The position numbers were made by a program, and so were the translations under genes. The notes under the pieces were generated by a model that was given only the letters and a program-made list of their open reading frames with translations, ran no database searches and had not been told where the DNA came from. A stretch of 64,000 nt of DNA from Bacteroidota bacterium (GTDB lineage: Bacteria; Bacteroidota; Bacteroidia; Flavobacteriales; TMED113), in contig JAYYFR010000010.1 in assembly GCA_036158635.1 (NCBI GenBank), forward strand, positions 13,138 through 77,137. The letters run 5' to 3'. The number at the start of each line of letters is the position of its first letter. The first letter of the stretch is position 1. Of the stretch, positions 25,981 to 36,674 are shown piece after piece.

Positions 25981-26634
25981 ATGAAACTAAAAAGTTTATT
26001 AAAAAATGATATTCCAACAATAAACCCAAATACCACGGGAAATATGTCGCTTTTAATAATGGAAGAATACAAAACCTCACATCTAATTATTCTTTCTGAT
26101 ACTGAATTTAAAGGAATAATTGACCAAGATTCAATCTTAGATATGGAGGACATGACAAAGGAGATTAACACTGTAATCAATAAATCTAAAAAAATATCAT
26201 TAAATATTAATAATCATATTTGCACAGCATTAAAAACATTTAGTGAAAATAAAATTTCAATTATTCCAATATTTAATGAAAATAAATACTTTGGTTACAT
26301 AACTATTTCAGACATAATCTATAGAATTGGTGAACCTTATCAATTAACAGAGATTGGTATAATAACGATAAAAAGCACAATGGAAGATTATTCACTTTCA
26401 GAAATAAGTAGATTAGTTGAACAAAATGAAGGAAAAGTTATTAGTTCATTTATTCAAATGAACCCAAATTCAAAAAATATAAATATTGATATAATCATTA
26501 ACAAAAAAGATTTAACTAGAATAATTAAATCTTTGCAAAGGTTTAATTGGAATATTATTGAAACATATGACTCCTCATTAGTTGACAACTTAGATAATAG
26601 ATTTGACTCATTTTTGAGATATTTAAATACATAG
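25981..26634 (+). CDS. CBS-domain pair protein
   Basis: 217-aa ORF with two CBS-like units (SHLIILSDTEFKGIIDQDSIL and ISIIPIFNENKYFGYITISDIIYRI). Conserved position between pdxJ and nadK in Bacteroidota. Confidence 0.7.
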   Translation: MKLKSLLKNDIPTINPNTTGNMSLLIMEEYKTSHLIILSDTEFKGIIDQDSILDMEDMTKEINTVINKSKKISLNINNHICTALKTFSENKISIIPIFNENKYFGYITISDIIYRIGEPYQLTEIGIITIKSTMEDYSLSEISRLVEQNEGKVISSFIQMNPNSKNINIDIIINKKDLTRIIKSLQRFNWNIIETYDSSLVDNLDNRFDSFLRYLNT

Positions 26635-26638
26635 ATAT

Positions 26639-27520
26639 ATGAACATTCTATTATACTGCCCTAATTTAACTATTGAAAACTCTATTTACATTAAAGTTTT
26701 TTTTGATGAATTGAGTAAATATAAAGCTGAATTATTTGTTCTAGAAAAATTTATTGAGGATGCTAAAAATAAACTTAAACTTCCAAAAAAAATAACAACA
26801 ATTAAAAATCTTAATGAGATTAATAAAATAGATTTTTTAATTTGTTTTGGAGGTGATGGAACAATGTTAAAAGCATCACATTTAATTGAAAATTTAAAAA
26901 CACCTATTGTCGGAATAAATACAGGAAGACTTGGTTTTTTAGCAAATATTCCTAAAGAAAGTATTGGAAATTTAATTAAAGACCTTTTCAACAAAAATTA
27001 TCATATTAGTGCAAGAAGTTTAATTAACGTAACAACTAAGCCCAAATTAAAAAAACAAATATTTCAATTTGCATTAAACGAAGTTTCCATTTCTGAAAAA
27101 AATCACTTATCGATGATTAGTATTAATACATATATAAATGACACCTTCTTGAACACTTACTGGGGAGACGGATTAATAGTCTCTACCCCAACAGGTTCTA
27201 CTGCTCATTCATTAAGTTGCGGGGGGCCTATAGTTATGCCTGATTCTGATAACTTTATAATTACTCCTATTTCTTCACACAATTTAAATGTAAGGCCTCT
27301 TATTTTATCTGATGACAATATCATTAAAATTCATCTTGATCAAAGATTTAAATCATTTAATCTTTCTCTAGATGGTAAATCTGAGATTATATCTAACAAA
27401 CATATTATAATAATAAAAAAAGAGAATTTTAAAATAAACTTACTAATAACTAAAACTAATAACTATTTTGACACACTTAGAAACAAATTACTTTGGGGAT
27501 TGGATAAAAGAAATGGTTAA
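26639..27520 (+). CDS. nadK: NAD kinase
   Basis: 293-aa ORF. Has the GGDGTML motif, the GxNxGxLGFL motif (GINTGRLGFL) and STPTGSTAHSLSCGGP. Confidence 0.9.
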   Translation: MNILLYCPNLTIENSIYIKVFFDELSKYKAELFVLEKFIEDAKNKLKLPKKITTIKNLNEINKIDFLICFGGDGTMLKASHLIENLKTPIVGINTGRLGFLANIPKESIGNLIKDLFNKNYHISARSLINVTTKPKLKKQIFQFALNEVSISEKNHLSMISINTYINDTFLNTYWGDGLIVSTPTGSTAHSLSCGGPIVMPDSDNFIITPISSHNLNVRPLILSDDNIIKIHLDQRFKSFNLSLDGKSEIISNKHIIIIKKENFKINLLITKTNNYFDTLRNKLLWGLDKRNG

Positions 27521-27571
27521 TCACGCATATATTTAACAATTCCGTATATTGTACTTTATTAAGTAAATAAT

Positions 27572-28399
27572 ATGAAAATTTTAAAGAAAATAATTTTATT
27601 ATTTTTTTTTCTTTTAAGTTCCTTTAGTTTTTCACAAACTGAAATAGGATTTTATTTTGGCACCTCATTTTTTCACGGAGATGTTGGATACAACTCTTTA
27701 ACATTTGGTAACACTAATAAATTATTTACTAATTCTACAATATCTTTAGGGTTAAATTTTAGACAAAATATAAATACTAGATTTTCTTACAATTTTAAAC
27801 TCCAAAGAGGCAAAATTACTTCATATGACAGTAACTCTGAAGACTTATTTATTGTCCAAAGAAATTTAGATTTTCAATCAAATATCACAGAATTTTCTTC
27901 TAACATTGAATTTAATTTTTCCCATTATAAAATTGGATCAAAAAAATTAAATAAGACACTTTATGTGTTTTCTGGTATTAGTGGATTCAAATTTAATCCA
28001 AAAGGTTATTACAACGGTTCGTGGATTGAATTACAACCTCTAGGAACTGAAGGTCAAGGAAGTTTTTTATATCCTGATAGAGAAAAATATAATTTATTTT
28101 CTTTAGGAATTCCTATTGGAGTTGGGTATAAACTAAATTTAAATAATTATTTGGCTTTGAATATATCATGGTCTTGGACTCTAACAACAACAGATTACAT
28201 TGATGATGTAAGTTTAGATTATGTAAACCCAAATTTATTGAGCAGTCAAGCTCAAAATTTAGCAGATAAATCGTATTCAGGATTTTTGGAAGGAGCACAA
28301 AGAGGGAACTCTGAAAATAAGGATAAATTTGGTTTTTTTGGATTTAGTGTTGTTTATAAAATACCAAAAAAAACATTCTGCTCACAGATAAACTTTTAA
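27572..28399 (+). CDS. Outer-membrane beta-barrel protein (DUF6089-like)
   Basis: 275-aa ORF. Signal peptide ends FSFSQ/T, followed by alternating aromatic and polar beta-strand patterns. Sits in the conserved slot between nadK and uppS. Confidence 0.6.
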   Translation: MKILKKIILLFFFLLSSFSFSQTEIGFYFGTSFFHGDVGYNSLTFGNTNKLFTNSTISLGLNFRQNINTRFSYNFKLQRGKITSYDSNSEDLFIVQRNLDFQSNITEFSSNIEFNFSHYKIGSKKLNKTLYVFSGISGFKFNPKGYYNGSWIELQPLGTEGQGSFLYPDREKYNLFSLGIPIGVGYKLNLNNYLALNISWSWTLTTTDYIDDVSLDYVNPNLLSSQAQNLADKSYSGFLEGAQRGNSENKDKFGFFGFSVVYKIPKKTFCSQINF

Positions 28400-29127
28400 T
28401 GACTTTATTTTCTAAAATAAACTTAAATTCTGTTCCAAATCACGTTTGTATTATTATGGATGGTAATGGAAGATGGGCTAAAATAATAGGAAAAAATAGA
28501 TCTTTTGGTCATCAAAAGGGAATTTATTCTGTAAAAAAAATTTTAGAGCAGTCAATCAAATTAGGTATAAAACATTTAACATTATTCGCATTTTCAAAAG
28601 AAAATTGGGGCAGACCAAAATTAGAGATTAGTGCTATTATGAAATTACTAGCAAATTCTATTTTAAAGTATAAAAAAGATTTAATTGATAATGACGTTAA
28701 ATTAAATACCATTGGAGACTTAAATGATTTACCTTTGGGTTCCAAAAATGCTATAGAACAAGTTAAAAAAATAACTAATAAAAATAAAAATATAACGTTA
28801 ACTATAGCACTAAGCTATAGTTCTAAGTGGGAAATTGTAAATGCAATAAAAAAAATAACAAGCGATTGCCTAAATAAAAAAATTAATTCTAAAAATATTA
28901 ATGAAAAATTGGTAAATAGTTACCTTTGCACGTATAATTTACCAGAGCCTGATCTTTTAATTAGAACTGGAGGGGAAAAAAGAATAAGTAATTTTTTACT
29001 TTGGCAATTGGCTTATGCTGAATTGTATTTTTGTGAAAAAAACTGGCCAGATTTTGATGAAGAAGATTATTATAAAGCAATTATCGAATTTCAAAATAGA
29101 GATAGAAGGTTTGGAAAATTAAATTAA
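28399..29127 (+). CDS. uppS: Isoprenyl transferase / undecaprenyl-diphosphate synthase
   Basis: 242-aa ORF with motifs IIMDGNGRWA and IRTGGEKRISNFLLWQLAYAELYF. Confidence 0.92.
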   Translation: MTLFSKINLNSVPNHVCIIMDGNGRWAKIIGKNRSFGHQKGIYSVKKILEQSIKLGIKHLTLFAFSKENWGRPKLEISAIMKLLANSILKYKKDLIDNDVKLNTIGDLNDLPLGSKNAIEQVKKITNKNKNITLTIALSYSSKWEIVNAIKKITSDCLNKKINSKNINEKLVNSYLCTYNLPEPDLLIRTGGEKRISNFLLWQLAYAELYFCEKNWPDFDEEDYYKAIIEFQNRDRRFGKLN

Positions 29128-29129
29128 AA

Positions 29130-31577
29130 ATGAAAAAATTTTATTTAAATATATTTTTTTTAATACTTATTGGTAACAATTTCAATTTAATAAGCCAATC
29201 CAAAATTGATTTTGGAAATCAATATATGATTGGAGGAATTAGTTTTTCAGGAAATTCGAATCTTGATAGCAATACTATTTTATCATTAATTGACTTAAAA
29301 GTTGGAGATAATATTTTCGTTCCCGGTGAGGAAATTCCCACAGCAATAAAAAATTTATGGAAGCAAAATATGTTTTCTGACATACAGATTTTTCAAACTA
29401 AAACAGAGGGAAATATAATTTTCTTAGAAATATATTTAGATCAATTGCCCAAATTAGAAAAATTTCAATTTAAAGGACTCAAGAAATCTGAAATTGACAA
29501 ACTTCGTGAAGAACTTAACTTAAGTAGAGGAATTTACGTTAGTAATCAAATTAAAAATAAAACTGAAAACTATATAATTAAATACTTTAAAGAAAAGGGT
29601 TTTTTAAATGTAACTTGTTCTGTAAATGAAGAAACGAGCCAAGATTTAAATTCATCAACTTTAATTATTGACGTAAATAAAAACGAGAGGGTTAAAATAA
29701 AAAAAATTACTATTTCTTCTGATGAAAATACTTTTAAGCAAGGTAAACTTAAAAGACAGTTTAAAAATACTAAAGAAACTGGGATTAAAAATATTTTTAG
29801 TTCTTCAAAATTTATTGAAAGTGATTTTGATGAAGATTTACAAAATTTAATTTCAATGTATGGAGAAAATGGTTATAGAGATGCTAAAATAATTGGTTAC
29901 AAAACTTCATTTAATAATAATGGCGAATTATTATTAAATATTGAAGTAACTGAGGGTGAAAAATATTTTTTTGGTGATATTAAATGGATTGGGAATTCAA
30001 AATATGACTCTGAAAAATTAAACGAATTATTATCAATAAAAGAAGGAGAGATTTTTGACCAAAAACTACTAGAAGAAAGGTTATTTATGAGCAGAAATGG
30101 AAATGATATAAGCTCATTATACATGGATGATGGTTATCTATTCTTTCAAGCTAACCCTGTTGAATCAAGTATCATAGATCAAAAAATTAATTTAGAAATT
30201 AGAATTAATGAAGGAAAGAGAGCAATTGTAAATAATGTTACAGTAGTAGGAAATACTAAAGTTAAAGACCACGTAATAATGAGGGAGGTAAGGTCATTAC
30301 CAGGTTCTATGTTTAAAAGATCTGATATCATTAGAACACAAGAGGAATTTAATCGTCTTGGCTATTTTAACCCTGAAACACTTGGTGTTAATCCAGTACC
30401 TGACCCTGAAACTGGAACTGTTGATATAGAATACAGTGTAGAATCAAAATCATCAGATCAACTTGAACTTCAAGGTGGTTGGGGAAATGGAATGGTTGTC
30501 GGAGCATTTTCTGTTGTTTTTAATAACTTTTCTACAAAAAACTTTTTTAAAAAAGATAACTGGAACCCTATGCCACATGGAGATGGTCAAAAAATTAGAC
30601 TTCGTGCCGCTTCAAATGGTTCTTATTACCAAAACTACAGTTTATCGTTTGAGGAACCTTGGATGGGTGGAGCCAAACCTAATAGTTTTTCTGTATCACT
30701 TTGGAAAACAATTCAATCTTTCAATGAGGGTTCAAAAATGGATATTTCAGGACTTAGTATTGGTTTTGGAAAAAGACTTAATTGGCCGGACGATTATTTT
30801 ACAATTACTCATTCTGTTAACTTTCAAAGATATAATCTAGAAAATTATCAAACTAGTTTATTTGACTTTAGTGATGGTTTTTCAAACAATATAAATTACG
30901 CTACAACATTTTCAAGAAATTCAATTTTCAACCCTATATATCCAAGAAACGGATCAAAGTTTACTCTTTATTTTGAGCTCACTCCACCTTATTCATTGTT
31001 TAAAGAAAAAGATTATTATAAAAATCTAGACGATGATCAAGAAAGATATAAATTTCTAGAGTATAATAAATTTAAATTTGATGGAACTTGGTACAATTCA
31101 CTAATAGGAGACTTAGTAATTAGAACGCACTTTGAGTTTGGTTTCTTAGGAACATATAATCAGTCTGTTGGCCTACCCCCATTTGAAAGATTTTTTGTGG
31201 GTGGTGATGGGCTAAGTGGCTATTCTATAGATGGAAGAGAAATTATTGCTTTAAGAGGTTATCCAAATGGAGCACTAAGTTCTGATTCCGGTGATGCATT
31301 ATACAATAAATATAATCTTGAGTTAAGATATCCTATTTCATTAAACCCTAACTCGACTATATATGGTCTTTTGTTTACTGAGGCAGGAAACTCATGGACA
31401 AATTATGATAATTTTAACCCATTTGAATTGAAAAGGTCTGCTGGTTTGGGACTACGTATTTTTATGCCCATGTTTGGTTTACTCGGTTTAGATTTTGCAC
31501 ATGGATTTGATAATTTATCTAACTCAAATATTAAAAGTGGATGGCAAACACATTTTATTATTGGTCAACAATTTTAA
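29130..31577 (+). CDS. bamA: Outer membrane protein assembly factor BamA
   Basis: 815-aa ORF. Signal peptide, POTRA-like repeats, Omp85 barrel, C-terminal HFIIGQQF. Followed by two skp genes. Confidence 0.88.
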   Translation: MKKFYLNIFFLILIGNNFNLISQSKIDFGNQYMIGGISFSGNSNLDSNTILSLIDLKVGDNIFVPGEEIPTAIKNLWKQNMFSDIQIFQTKTEGNIIFLEIYLDQLPKLEKFQFKGLKKSEIDKLREELNLSRGIYVSNQIKNKTENYIIKYFKEKGFLNVTCSVNEETSQDLNSSTLIIDVNKNERVKIKKITISSDENTFKQGKLKRQFKNTKETGIKNIFSSSKFIESDFDEDLQNLISMYGENGYRDAKIIGYKTSFNNNGELLLNIEVTEGEKYFFGDIKWIGNSKYDSEKLNELLSIKEGEIFDQKLLEERLFMSRNGNDISSLYMDDGYLFFQANPVESSIIDQKINLEIRINEGKRAIVNNVTVVGNTKVKDHVIMREVRSLPGSMFKRSDIIRTQEEFNRLGYFNPETLGVNPVPDPETGTVDIEYSVESKSSDQLELQGGWGNGMVVGAFSVVFNNFSTKNFFKKDNWNPMPHGDGQKIRLRAASNGSYYQNYSLSFEEPWMGGAKPNSFSVSLWKTIQSFNEGSKMDISGLSIGFGKRLNWPDDYFTITHSVNFQRYNLENYQTSLFDFSDGFSNNINYATTFSRNSIFNPIYPRNGSKFTLYFELTPPYSLFKEKDYYKNLDDDQERYKFLEYNKFKFDGTWYNSLIGDLVIRTHFEFGFLGTYNQSVGLPPFERFFVGGDGLSGYSIDGREIIALRGYPNGALSSDSGDALYNKYNLELRYPISLNPNSTIYGLLFTEAGNSWTNYDNFNPFELKRSAGLGLRIFMPMFGLLGLDFAHGFDNLSNSNIKSGWQTHFIIGQQF

Positions 31578-31613
31578 ATGATTAAATTTGATATGTTTTT
31601 TAATACTAAAATT

Positions 31614-32132
31614 ATGCAACTAAATAAAATTAGTTTAACAATAATTGCTTTTATTTTTACCACCATAAGCATTTCTCAAAAAATTGCTTATGTTGATTCA
31701 AAATATATTTTAAGTAATATTCCTGAATTTACAACTGCTCAAGAAGAAATTCAAGAGCTATCTGATAAGTGGGAAACAGAAATCCAAAGCTTATATTTAG
31801 ATATTGAAAAAATGTATAAAAGTTATAAAGCAGAAAAATACCTTCTTCCCGAAAAAGAAAAAAAGATAATAGAAGAGAATATTATTAATAAAGAAAAAGA
31901 AGTTAGAGAGTACCAAAAAAGTTTATTCGGACCTAACGGAAAGCTGTATGAAAAACAACGGGAAAAAATTGAGCCAATTCAAGAAATTATTTATAATGCT
32001 ATTCAAGAATTTGCAGAAAAAAATAGATATGAAATTATTTTCGATAAATCATCTGAATTAATAATGTTATATTCAAATAAAGATTTAGACGTAAGTAATG
32101 ATATTTTAGATCAACTAGGTTATAATTATTAA
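31614..32132 (+). CDS. OmpH/Skp family periplasmic chaperone
   Basis: ORF 31578-32132. The signal peptide fits better from the ATG at 31614 (MQLNKISLTIIAFIF). Lys/Glu-rich coiled-coil body with IAYVDSKYIL, a typical Skp N-terminus. Confidence 0.8.
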   Translation: MQLNKISLTIIAFIFTTISISQKIAYVDSKYILSNIPEFTTAQEEIQELSDKWETEIQSLYLDIEKMYKSYKAEKYLLPEKEKKIIEENIINKEKEVREYQKSLFGPNGKLYEKQREKIEPIQEIIYNAIQEFAEKNRYEIIFDKSSELIMLYSNKDLDVSNDILDQLGYNY

Positions 32133-32143
32133 AAAATTTAAAT

Positions 32144-32656
32144 ATGAAAAAATTAATTTTAAGTTCGGTATTTTGTTTATTTACCGTTTTCGCTATCGCT
32201 CAACAAAAAATAGGGCACGTTAATTCTCAACAGATTATGTCTAATATGCCAGACATAAAGGTAATAGAAACAAAAATCCAAAATGAAAGTAAGAAGATGG
32301 ATGAAATGTACGCTGAAATGATGCAAAAAGCACAAGAAGCTGCTCAAGCTTTTCAAAAAGCTCAAAATGATAAAGAAAGTGAAGCTGTAATTAAAGCGAA
32401 ATATGAAGAAGCTTTAAATCTTGAACAAAGAATGCAAGTTTTTGCACAAGATGCTCAAAAAGAATTACAGACACTACAGAACGACTTACTTGCTCCAGTT
32501 GTTGAAAAAATACAAAATGCTATAAATGACGTAGCAAAAGATGGGAAGTACTCTTACATTCTGGATACTGGTAGCGGTTTCAATGTTATTTTATATAATG
32601 ACGGACCTAATTCAAATGACATAACTGATGAAGTAAAAAAGAAATTAAAATTATAA
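32144..32656 (+). CDS. OmpH/Skp family periplasmic chaperone (second copy)
   Basis: 170-aa ORF. Signal peptide, KIGHVNSQQIM motif and a coiled-coil-rich body. Confidence 0.8.
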   Translation: MKKLILSSVFCLFTVFAIAQQKIGHVNSQQIMSNMPDIKVIETKIQNESKKMDEMYAEMMQKAQEAAQAFQKAQNDKESEAVIKAKYEEALNLEQRMQVFAQDAQKELQTLQNDLLAPVVEKIQNAINDVAKDGKYSYILDTGSGFNVILYNDGPNSNDITDEVKKKLKL

Positions 32657-32660
32657 ATAT

Positions 32661-33473
32661 TTGAATTCTAATTTACCAATAGGGATTTTTGATTCTGGTA
32701 TTGGCGGGCTTACCGTAGCAAGAGAAATTATAGACCTAATGCCGAATGAAAAAATTATCTACTTTGGAGACACTCTTCACTTACCATATGGAGAAAAATC
32801 AAAGAAAAAAGTTATCAATTATTGCTTAAAAATATGTCAGTTTTTGCGAAGCAAAAATTGCAAAGCTATCGTTATAGCGTGTAATTCGGCATCTTCATTA
32901 GCACTTAAAAAAATTAAAAAAGAATTTGAGGAAAGATCTATTATTTTTAATGTAATAGACCCTGTAATTAATTGTATTAAAAAATTAGAAACTAAAAAAA
33001 TTGGGGTTATAGGTACAAACGCAACAATTAGTTCTAATATCTATGAAAATAAAATTAACAGTTTGAATGATAATTACTTGGTTAATTCATTAGCTACCCC
33101 ACTACTAGCTCCAATGATAGAGTCAGGATTTCATGACGATTCAATTAAAAAAAAAATTATAGCAACATATTTAAAAAAAAGTGAATTATCTGAAATTGAG
33201 ACTTTAATTCTTGGATGTACTCACTATCCACTGATTCAGAAGGAAATTAAAGAAATATATAATAACAAAATTGATATAATTAATTCTCTGAATGCAATTG
33301 GACAATTTATTAGCGAAAAACTTGAAAAAAATAACTTGTTGAATCAAAATAACATTAAAAAAACTCATGAATTTTATGTATCAGATTTAACTTTAAGTTT
33401 TCAAAAAAGTGCTAAGCTTTTTTTTAAAAACAAAATAACTTTAAAGGAAAAAAATATATTTGATGAAAAATAA
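32661..33473 (+). CDS. murI: Glutamate racemase
   Basis: 270-aa ORF with a TTG start. Motifs IFDSGIGGLTV, IACNSAS and LGCTHYP. Confidence 0.9.
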   Translation: MNSNLPIGIFDSGIGGLTVAREIIDLMPNEKIIYFGDTLHLPYGEKSKKKVINYCLKICQFLRSKNCKAIVIACNSASSLALKKIKKEFEERSIIFNVIDPVINCIKKLETKKIGVIGTNATISSNIYENKINSLNDNYLVNSLATPLLAPMIESGFHDDSIKKKIIATYLKKSELSEIETLILGCTHYPLIQKEIKEIYNNKIDIINSLNAIGQFISEKLEKNNLLNQNNIKKTHEFYVSDLTLSFQKSAKLFFKNKITLKEKNIFDEK

Positions 33474-34050
33474 AATTTACACTATATATTCAGAATACAC
33501 GCCAAATCCTGAAGTCATGAAATTTGTCTCAAATCAAATTTTAACAGAAGAAATGATAGAGTTTGAAACAATTCCAAAGCAAAACGAATATCCACTTATA
33601 TATGATTTATTTATGTTTCCATTTGTTGAAAACATTTTTTTAGGATTAAATTTTATTTCAATTGAAAAAAATAATAAAGTGAACTGGGATGACATTTCAT
33701 ATGAAATAAGAGTACTTATTCAAGAAAAATTAAACAAGGGGGTTTTTGTTAAGTCTGAGGGTGTAGTAACAAAAAAACAGGACATAAAAAGAAATGTTAC
33801 AGTAAATCGAAAAAGAACAAAAAAAGAATTGATAATTGAAGATATTTTTGAACAACAGATACGACCATACGTGATGCAAGATGGAGGTGACATTTCCTTA
33901 GTCTCATATGAAAAAGGAATTGTAAAAGTCCTTCTTCAAGGTGCATGTAATGGTTGCCCATCGTCTACTTACACATTGAAACAAGGTATTGAAACTAAAT
34001 TAAAACAAATCTTAGGTGAAGAAATAAAAGAAGTTATTCCTGTTAATTAG
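33460..34050 (+). CDS. NifU/Nfu-type Fe-S cluster scaffold protein
   Basis: 196-aa ORF with an Nfu N-terminal-like region and a C-terminal NifU motif GACNGCPSS. Confidence 0.8.
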   Translation: MMKNKIYTIYSEYTPNPEVMKFVSNQILTEEMIEFETIPKQNEYPLIYDLFMFPFVENIFLGLNFISIEKNNKVNWDDISYEIRVLIQEKLNKGVFVKSEGVVTKKQDIKRNVTVNRKRTKKELIIEDIFEQQIRPYVMQDGGDISLVSYEKGIVKVLLQGACNGCPSSTYTLKQGIETKLKQILGEEIKEVIPVN

Positions 34051-34100
34051 CATTATTTTATATATTTACTTTTAAACTTCTACACCACAATTACTTAAAA

Positions 34101-35618
34101 ATGAAAAAAATAAACAGCGCTTTTATTTCTGTTTTCAATAAAGAAAATTTAAACCCACTTGTTTCATTATTAGTTAAATTAAATATTAAACTATTCTCGT
34201 CTGGTGGAACTAAAATTGCTTTAGAAAAGTTAGGTTGTAAAGTCACTTCAGTTGAAGATATTACACAGTACCCCTCTATTCTAGGTGGAAGAGTTAAAAC
34301 TCTTCACCCAAAAGTTTTTGGTGGAATTTTAAATAGAAGAGATAAAAAAAGTGACTTAGAAGATATAGAAAAGTATGATATCCCAAGTTTTGACTTAGTT
34401 GTTGTCGACTTATATCCTTTTGAAGATACAGTTAAAAATAATTCTAATGAAGATGAAATTATAGAAAAAATTGATATCGGTGGAATCTCCCTCATTAGAG
34501 CTGCCGCTAAAAACTATAAGGACGTAATGATTATTCCCACCAAGGAATTGATTCCAAATTGTACGAGCATAATTGAAAAAAATAATGGTCACACTACTTT
34601 AGAAGAAAGATTGTTTTTTGCAAAAAAGGCTTTTGAAATATCTTCTCATTATGACACTAATATTTTTTCATGGTTTAGTAATGATTTTGATGAATCTTTA
34701 AAAATATCTATTTCAGAGAAAAAAATATTACGATACGGAGAAAATCCTCATCAAAAAGGAATTTATTATGGGAACCTTGGTGAAGTAGTAAAAAAATTAA
34801 ATGGAAAAGAAATTTCCTATAATAATTTATTAGACATTGATGCTGCCATAAATTTAATTAATGATTGTAAAGAACCTACGTTTGCAATTTTAAAACATAA
34901 CAATGCTTGTGGAATTGCTATAGATAATAACGTTTATGAAGCTTGGAAGAAAGCATTAGCTGGTGATCCAATATCTGCATTTGGTGGTATTTTAATTACA
35001 AATCAAGAATTAAATTCTAAAACAGCTGAAAGCATTAATAAATTATTTTTTGAAATTATAATTTCACCTAAGTTTTCAACTAATGCTTTTGATATTCTGA
35101 AAACCAAAAAAAATAGAATCATCTTAGAGCTAATGTCTCAAAATAAAATTAGTAATAAACAATACAGATCAATTTTAAATGGAATTTTGACACAAGAAAA
35201 AGATATTTTGATTGATTCCGAGGAAATTTTAGAGAAAATAACTAAATTAAAACCTTCCAAATCTCAAGTTGAAGATTTATTGTTTGCTAGTACCATATGT
35301 AAGCACACAAAATCTAATGCTATTGTTTTGGTAAAAAATAAACAATTAATTGGAATTGGATGTGGACAAACATCAAGAGTAGATGCACTTAAACAAGCTA
35401 TTGAAAAAGCAAAAAATTTTAATTTTAATTTAGAAAATAGTGTTATGGCCTCAGATGCATTTTTTCCGTTTCCAGATTGTATAGAAATTGCTGCTAAAGA
35501 ACAAATTTCAGCTGTTATTCAACCTGGCGGCTCAATTAACGATCAACTATCAATAGATTGTTGTAATAAAAATAATATTAGTATGGTTTTAACAAAAACT
35601 AGACACTTTAAACACTAA
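34101..35618 (+). CDS. purH: Bifunctional AICAR formyltransferase / IMP cyclohydrolase
   Basis: 505-aa ORF. MGS-like N-terminus (ISVFNKENL, SSGGTKIAL, KTLHPKVFGGIL), then RYGENPHQ and the C-terminal TKTRHFKH. Confidence 0.92.
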   Translation: MKKINSAFISVFNKENLNPLVSLLVKLNIKLFSSGGTKIALEKLGCKVTSVEDITQYPSILGGRVKTLHPKVFGGILNRRDKKSDLEDIEKYDIPSFDLVVVDLYPFEDTVKNNSNEDEIIEKIDIGGISLIRAAAKNYKDVMIIPTKELIPNCTSIIEKNNGHTTLEERLFFAKKAFEISSHYDTNIFSWFSNDFDESLKISISEKKILRYGENPHQKGIYYGNLGEVVKKLNGKEISYNNLLDIDAAINLINDCKEPTFAILKHNNACGIAIDNNVYEAWKKALAGDPISAFGGILITNQELNSKTAESINKLFFEIIISPKFSTNAFDILKTKKNRIILELMSQNKISNKQYRSILNGILTQEKDILIDSEEILEKITKLKPSKSQVEDLLFASTICKHTKSNAIVLVKNKQLIGIGCGQTSRVDALKQAIEKAKNFNFNLENSVMASDAFFPFPDCIEIAAKEQISAVIQPGGSINDQLSIDCCNKNNISMVLTKTRHFKH

Positions 35619-35629
35619 AAAAAATAGAT

Positions 35630-36661
35630 ATGGGTATACTTGATTTTATGAATCTTACAGAAGATATTGCAATTGATTTAGGTACTGCTAATACGTTAAT
35701 AATTCACAACGATAAAGTAGTGGTTAATGAGCCCTCTATTGTTGCCATGGAGACAAAGACGGGCAAATTTATAGAGGTTGGTGTTAAAGCCCAGCAAATG
35801 CATGGAAAAGCTCACAAGGGTATTGAAACTACAAGACCCCTAAAAGACGGTGTTATCGCTGATTTTGATGCTGCAGAATCAATGATTAGAGAATTTATAA
35901 AAAAAATACCTGCTTTAAAAAGACGAATATTCTCACCTGCTTTACGAATGGTAATATGTATCCCATCTGGAATAACTGAAGTTGAAAAGCGTGCTGTCAG
36001 AGATTCAGCAGAACATTCGGGAGCTAAAGAAGTGTATTTAATTCATGAACCTATGGCCGCTGCAATAGGAATTGGAATTGATGTTCAAGAACCCAAAGGG
36101 AATATGGTAATTGATATCGGGGGGGGGACTACTGAAATAGCTGTGATATCGTTAGGTGGAATTGTATGTGATAAATCTGTAAAGGTCGCTGGAGATATTT
36201 TTACATCAGATATAAAATTTTATATGAGAACTCATCATAATTTAGTTGTTGGTGATCGTTCTGCTGAAGAAATTAAAATTCAATGTGGTGCTGCAACACA
36301 AGTATTAGAAAATCCACCTGAAGATTGGCCAGTTCAAGGAAGAGATCTAACTACGGGAAAACCTAAGCAAGTTATTGTTTCGTATAAGGAAATAGCACAG
36401 GCACTTGATTCGTCAATTTGTTCAATTGAAGATGCCATTATGCAAGCTTTAGCAATGACTCCGCCAGAACTTGCCGCTGATATTTATAACACTGGAATAT
36501 ATTTAGCCGGGGGAGGCTCGATGTTAAGAGGTCTAGAAAAACGTATTTCTGCTAAAACAGACCTAGCAGTATTTATTGCAGAAGATCCTTTGAAAGCAGT
36601 AGTGAGAGGAACTGGAATTGCTCTGAAAAACGTTGATCATTATACATTCTTAATGAGATAA
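35630..36661 (+). CDS. mreB: Rod shape-determining protein MreB
   Basis: 343-aa ORF with actin-fold motifs IDLGTANTL, EPMAAAIG and DIGGGTTE. Confidence 0.95.
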   Translation: MGILDFMNLTEDIAIDLGTANTLIIHNDKVVVNEPSIVAMETKTGKFIEVGVKAQQMHGKAHKGIETTRPLKDGVIADFDAAESMIREFIKKIPALKRRIFSPALRMVICIPSGITEVEKRAVRDSAEHSGAKEVYLIHEPMAAAIGIGIDVQEPKGNMVIDIGGGTTEIAVISLGGIVCDKSVKVAGDIFTSDIKFYMRTHHNLVVGDRSAEEIKIQCGAATQVLENPPEDWPVQGRDLTTGKPKQVIVSYKEIAQALDSSICSIEDAIMQALAMTPPELAADIYNTGIYLAGGGSMLRGLEKRISAKTDLAVFIAEDPLKAVVRGTGIALKNVDHYTFLMR

Positions 36662-36674
36662 TTAATTTGAATAT

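Noticed and set aside
25931-26180. Long N-terminal extension of pdxJ (to 26080) and the antisense ORF 25974-26180
   Set aside because: The canonical PdxJ N-terminus starts at the ATG at 25930. The extension and the 68-aa ORF overlap the well-supported CBS-domain gene on the other strand.
30463-30840. 125-aa ORF in another frame inside bamA
   Set aside because: It is nested in a strongly supported BamA reading frame and has no motifs.
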